NCBI RefSeq assembly: GCF_001194135.2
Contig: NC_068984.1
Coordinates: 89,831,021 to 89,871,260, forward strand
Origin: Octopus bimaculoides
Taxonomy: Eukaryota
Length of the DNA: 40,240 nucleotides
Direction of reading: 5' to 3'
The notes below the pieces were generated by a model. The model saw nothing but the letters and a program-made list of their open reading frames with translations, searched no databases and was not told the DNA's origin. Shown here in pieces: positions 34,570-40,240 of the stretch (positions are counted from its first letter, which is position 1; every line of letters begins with the position of its first letter). A program made the position numbers and the translations under genes.

Positions 34570-34671
34570 AATAAATATTTGAAAAATAAACACTGTGTCA
34601 TGTTTCTCAATTTCATCTTCGAATGTATATTTCAGTTTATTGCTCGTGCAAATATAGTTCTATAAAATAAA
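34570..34671 (+). promoter_or_regulatory. polyadenylation signals of the VWA gene
   Basis: AATAAA at 34570-34575, 34585-34590 (followed by a GT-rich tract) and 34666-34671, directly after the stop codon. Confidence 0.6.
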
Positions 34672-34720
34672 CTATAATGTCTACAAGTATATATTTTTGG
34701 CTCTAAGATTAGGTCAGTAG

Positions 34721-34872
34721 AAGGCGACGAGCTGACTAGCAGAATCGTTAGCCCGCTGAGCAAAATGTTTAACTGCATTTCACTCGTTTTTACACTGTTA
34801 GTTCAAATACTACCGAGGTGGGCCTTGCCTTTTATCCTTTCGGGCTCAATAAAATAAGTACCACTTGAGTGC
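34721..34872 (+). mobile_element. SINE family B 5' part
   Basis: AAGGCGACGAGCTG..GCAGAATCGTTAGC..GCAAAATG..GTTCAAAT..CCGAGGT..TTGCCTTT..AAAATAAGTACCA, shared with the other family B copies. Confidence 0.75.
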
Positions 34873-35619
34873 ATAGTTATCCTTATTTATTTAAAAACTG
34901 GTATAAAAGTTCTCGATTGTTCCTGAGGAGATTGAATGGAATACTACTTTGTGTCTTCATATCTGTATACTGAAAGAGAGAAGAGGTGAAGAGAATGTAC
35001 TAAAAAAGAACTGAAATCTGCATCCTTTAACCTTCATAGTTTATTGTTGTAGTACTCTGCGTGAGGTTGTGGAGTTGCTATCAGTAGTAATTGCTTTTGT
35101 TCAGAGCTAAGTATAATCTTTTACATGTTTATTATAGAACATGTTACACAAGGTAAGTACATATAACTGAGACGAAATCTTTATTCAAATACAAAGGATT
35201 GTTTATGAACTTCCACTCGAATTCAAAACTGTTAAATATGCTAGAGGTAAGATTAATAGCAATTTTTTATTGAATTATTTCTAAGATGCCATAGTAAAAG
35301 ATGTTTGCAAGCAATGTTATCTTTTTACTTTTATGATCGCCAGTCATTGGACTGCTACGATGTTGGGGCACAACATTCAAGGTTTATAATTGATTATATT
35401 GACATCAGTAATTTAAGTGATACTTATTCACACCAAGCTGATATACACAATACATAGGCTTATACGTACATACATACATACACACATGCTTTTATATCCT
35501 TGTATTTTATATATAATATAACGAAGTGAGGGGAAAAGAGTATAACCACGACGCACTACTATTATTATTGCGGCTATCAGTGAACTGCTACAAACAGTTC
35601 TTTGTTTTATAACAATGAG

Positions 35620-36480
35620 TCAGTCCATCTTTTAGTCACTTGAAGAGTTGTTGGAATCCTTCCACAACATCTCCCCCATTTTAGAATCAGTCTTCCCTAT
35701 CATCTCCCTTTTGAGAATTTGAACTCCGCTCAGAGCTTTAATATCTCTTACGCTTGGGGTTGAATTCCAGTGTTTCCGTTCTTTTCCGTTTCCTGGTGCT
35801 AGAACGTGTAGTTTCAAATTGTTTGGGTGTTGGTACCTCAAACGTGTCGTACAATACTTCCATGGGGATTTAATTTCTCGTGGCTGTTTTTTCTGAGAAT
35901 TTTTTTTTTTAAGTTGGTTAATGTGTCTTTTTGTATTCGTCATTTCCCCCCTTTAACCAAGAATATCATTCTTCCAATTTGTTTAATGATTAGACCGTCC
36001 ACCCAGCTTTCTTTACCATATCTATTGGTTTTAAAAAACTTTGTCACCTAACTTGAAGAATTTTGAAGTATTTTTGTTGTTTGCCACTTCATTTTTCGCC
36101 TTTTTCAACGTCCTCTTCAAAGTTTTAACAAAACGCGCCGCTTGTCCACTTGACCTAGGATGATACGGCAGAGTAGTGACATGTTCGATGACGAGCATTT
36201 TACAAAATTTTCTGAAATCGTCTGACGTAAATTGAGTTCCATTATCCGACGCGATGGTATCCGAAATACCATACCTGGCAAACAATTCGTGTAAAAAGCA
36301 TATTGTAACTGCAGATGTCGGCTTCTTACATTTATGCTCTTCCGGCCACTTTGAAAAACTATCCACTACCACAAGGCAATATGATCCCTTCAGTGGACCT
36401 GCGTAATCGACATACAGTCTGGCCTATGGAACATCTGTCCATTCTTGACATCTGTCGAGAATGGACAGATGAATTTCCTT
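35620..36480 (-). mobile_element. Ty3/Gypsy LTR retrotransposon integrase relic
   Basis: VP*ARLYVDYAGPLKGSYCLVVVDSFSKWPE...LHELFARYGISDTIASDNGTQFTS...PYHPRSSGQAARFVKTLKR, then GDKVF and KRHINQLKK (end of pol). The catalytic Glu is lost (QAAR for QAER). No LTRs recognised. Confidence 0.88.
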
Positions 36481-36966
36481 TAATCCTGACAATATTTATG
36501 ACCATACCTAACTATAAACTGTCAACTCACTCCGTGTATCCATTCCAAACAGACACTCTCCTCTAGCCTTAGATTTGGTAGTTGATAGTAAAAGACTAAT
36601 AAATTAAAAATGAACCACAATCCGTTACAAGCTATGACCCTAACAAACTTCATACAGTTCTTAGAAGTGTAGTATATTTTAAGCTACATTAATAGCAACA
36701 TGTACTTTTTCCCTCTTCTTGCTCTATTACAGAATGTGAGTAAAATTATATCAATGTGTCAAACTCATTAAAAATTCTATTTATTTATGCAGCTGAGGAT
36801 AGCCCTGCATTTAAATTGACGCAATGATCGCATTGTTCAATTAAATGGAGCCGCTTGAAACGGTCGTACTGCTTCACCTCTTGATATCCTGTTGCTTATT
36901 TTGATTTATTCACCTTACTTTGAGTTGAACGGATAATACTACACTGACTCGATACACACACACACA

Positions 36967-37008
<42 letters not shown>

Positions 37009-37261
37009 CATATATAATAGAAATATGTTACAAAACAAAATAGAAACTACACGTGGAAAGTAAGAAGAAAAATAAGTGGAAATGCGCATTGGAAATCAAA
37101 AAAAAAGTAAAGGCCTTTTATGAACAGTAACGATAGATAAATACAATTAAATGAACTGAGGNNNNNNNNNNNNNNNNNNNNNNNNNNNNNNNNNNNNNNN
37201 NNNNNNNNNNNNNNNNNNNNNNNNNNNNNNNNNNNNNNNNNNNNNNNNNNNGAACTGAGGC

Positions 37262-38125
37262 AGGAATAAAAGTAATTAAAGTCATTATTGTGAATTGTTA
37301 AAGAGATTCAAAAGTATACCGGTTTCGTAATGTTACTAATCATTGTTTTGAATGCACACCGATTACTGAACTGTGTCAGGTCTACTAGTCCCTGAGTAAA
37401 AAGATTATGTGTAAGGGAGGTAAGTAGTTCTGGATTTGGTGCAATTAGGGCAGATATAGATCTGTAATGTAAATGGTTTATGGGATTTACGGCGTTTAGT
37501 GGTATTAATTGAAAGGTTAGTAGTGTTCTGTATTATGTTATGTGTTCATATTTAGTTGTGGAAGATATTTATTGATGAAAGTTGCCTCTTTATTCATTCT
37601 TTGTTGTATTGAGGTGTTCTGTGAACATTGATTGAAAGGAAAAATTAGGAAATTAGGATTAAAATTCCTCGCACACCTTTCTATGTGTCCACTGACCTGT
37701 ATCTGTCAGTATTGTGGGTGGTGTATTTGTTCTTTGTGGTGAGTGGTTCTTCGACAGAGTGATATCCCTGTTTGGCAAATATAATTATTACCACACCCTA
37801 AACATGTATGGTACAGGTGAAATTTGATTTAATCTTAAATACTTCACCTTGTTTAAAGTGGAACTCTGAACCCTTCAGAAGGTGGGTGCAAGTACCACAG
37901 TTAGGTTGACCACATTTTTTCACTTTTAGTTCTGTTGTTAATGGATATTGTCTTTCGCTGGTTAATATTTTATTCAATGATTTAATTTGCATTTTGCTTT
38001 TGATAATTTTGTGTGAGCCTAAAATTTTGTTCATTGTTTTATCTCTTGTGAGGATGATAACGAGAAAAGGTTGAGTTCTATATAATCCTTTACTTTGGTG
38101 GGCTCCAAAGGTCAATTTCTAACAA
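37262..38125 (-). mobile_element. Penelope-like element 3' part (GIY-YIG endonuclease and 3' UTR)
   Basis: KKCGQPNCGTCTHLLKGSEFHFKQGEVFKIKSNFTC, then after a break GCGNNYICQTGISLCRRTTHHKEQI...SGHIERCA...RMNKEATFINKYLPQLNMNT* (stop at 37538-37540). This is the CxxxxCxxC and YIGQT layout of Penelope endonucleases. Confidence 0.82.
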
Positions 38126-38698
38126 AGATTCTTCACATTAAATTGGTAGCTTACTGTAGTAAGTATATTGCGAATTTGAAAATGTTACAAGTATAAAACG
38201 TGCTAAGAGCGTTTATAGAACACATATCCTATAGAAACTCGACAAAAGAATTAAAGATGGAAAAGAGGTGTTACAAGGTATATATTCATATATTTATATA
38301 TATAAATATATACATATATGTTCATATATTTATATATATACATTCATCTACATATATATAAAACTGAGAATGTGTGTGTGTATGTGTATGTAAGTGTGTG
38401 TTTGTGTGTGTCTGTGTGTGTGTGTGTGTCTGTCTGTCTGTCTGTATGTATGTATGTATGTATGTATGTGTGCTTCCCTAAAACTTGAAAACTGCCCAAC
38501 CGCATTCATTCAAATTTTACACGACTTACTAAGGGCCCATGCCACTGCAAGGGCCAAAAAGTTTTCAGCTTCTTGCCTAATGAGAGCACGAGGCAATCTC
38601 TTAATTCTTACACTATTTCAGTATTATGAGAAAAGCGAAACATTAAAATTTCTATTACTCCTAGTTTTAATACTGAAACTATTATCTCACATATATAC

Positions 38699-38729
<31 letters not shown>

Positions 38730-39841
38730 NNNNNNNNNNNNNNNNNNNNNNNNNNNNNNNNNNNNNNNNNNNNNNNNNNNNNNNNNNNNNNNNNNNNNNN
38801 NNNNNNNNNNNNNNNNNNNNNNNNNNNNNNNNNNNNNNNNNNNNNNNNNNNNNNNNNNNNNNNNNNNNNNNNNNNNNNNNNNNNNNNNNNNNNNNNNNNN
38901 NNNNNNNNNNNNNNNNNNNNNNNNNNNNNNNNNNNNNNNNNNNNNNNNNNNNNNNNNNNNNNNNNNNNNNNNNNNNNNNNNNNNNNNNNNNNNNNNNNNN
39001 NNNNNNNNNNNNNNNNNNNNNNNNNNNNNNNNNNNNNNNNNNNNNNNNNNNNNNNNNNNNNNNNNNNNNNNNNNNNNNNNNNNNNNNNNNNNNNNNNNNN
39101 NNNNNNNNNNTTGTAGGACATTTTCTACAAATACCTTTTAGATTGGTGTACATTCCGATTATATTGGAATTTAATGTGAAAACATGAATTGCTGGACGCG
39201 CGCCCACATCCCCCTTTTTTTTTTTCTTACAGGTTTTTTTATTCTAGGTATGTATATAATGTGTCGGTATGCATGTGTGCGTGGCCACTTTGTTTTCTTT
39301 TTTTATCCCGATGTAATAATAATTTACACCATCGGAAAGTTATGAGAAAACGAAATCGTTGGGACACACTAATGAGTATATTACTTCCACATTTTATTCA
39401 GCCTATTGTCATGAGACACTATGGACATTTATTTGGAAGTCGGATTGTTTTTCTATTGAATATGATTAAAGCGCACAAAATAAAGTGTAAAACGAAAACC
39501 TAATAGAAACTCAGTAACCAAACACAAATAAACAATTGCAACACTTCGTCAAATCATCGACATCGATTTTTCCAATATTTTTCATGCTTGTTGCTAACCA
39601 TTGATTCACTACGGGTGATTGCACCATATTTCAAAAAGTGTCGCAACTGTTGTGTCTGGTTATTGTATTTCTAGAAGTTGAGTTTATTCTTTATTCATTG
39701 ATCTGAGAGACCAGGTGCACGAATCGCATTTTTACTTTGATAACTAAGAAACATTACTGGACTCGTTTGTATTTACATTTTCAGTGTAAATTAAAATTTA
39801 GGCGCGGTGAGTGTTTTCGTTGGCAAAAGACGAAAATTTTA

Positions 39842-40052
39842 TGTGTGTCTGTGTTTGTCCCCCAACATCGCTTGACAACCGATGCTGGTGTGTTTACGTC
39901 CCCGTAAATTAGCGGTTCGGCAAAAGAGACCGATAGAATAAGTACTAGGCTTACAAAGAATAAGTTCTGGGGTCGATTTGCTCGACATAAGGCGGTGCTC
40001 CAGCATGGCCGCAGTCAAATGACAAACAAGTAAAAGAGTAAAAGAGTAAAAG
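39842..40052 (+). mobile_element. SINE family A 3' module only
   Basis: Matches 13826-14029 (TGTGTCTGTGTTTGTCCCC...GTAAAAGAGTAAAAGAG). No recognisable complete tRNA head upstream. Confidence 0.85.
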
Positions 40053-40054
40053 AA

Positions 40055-40179
40055 TATGCGTATATATATGTGTATATACATCTTCACATAAATATATATA
40101 TGAATATATACATATATATGTATATGTATAGATGTATATGTATACATGCATATGCATAGATGTATATGTATATGTATGT

Positions 40180-40213
<34 letters not shown>

Positions 40214-40240
40214 ATGTATGTATGTATGTATTTATATATA
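40055..40240. repeat. (TA)/(TATG) microsatellite-rich tract
   Basis: Direct reading of the sequence. Confidence 0.9.

Noticed and set aside
37152-37260. GAACTGAGG on both sides of the 37162-37251 gap
   Set aside because: Most likely overlapping contig ends (a false gap), not a biological repeat.

Overview
AT-rich, gap-ridden eukaryotic scaffold, dense in microsatellites and transposon relics. The SINE and transposon mix suggests a cephalopod (octopus-like) genome; this is an inference, not a database result. The one host gene I can support is a complete 5-exon + strand gene (CDS 23949-23996, 26705-26735, 28950-29513, 31672-31866, 34019-34569; 1389 nt, 462 aa). It has a TATA/Inr promoter and AATAAA signals. 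It encodes a secreted protein: signal peptide, MIDAS-intact cationic VWA domain, Thr-rich mucin-like linker, then a MIDAS-less pseudo-VWA domain. The ORF track shows only fragments of it and misses both signal-peptide exons. The rest is decayed mobile DNA: four R4/Dong-type non-LTR retrotransposon pieces, two of which abut (TAA)n and two (CATA)n; a fold-back mariner built from two left ends; a full-length dead mariner; a Tc1/mariner C-terminal relic; a Ty3/Gypsy integrase relic; a Penelope GIY-YIG relic; and at least three tRNA-derived SINE families. ORFs that run through N gaps or dinucleotide repeats are artefacts.
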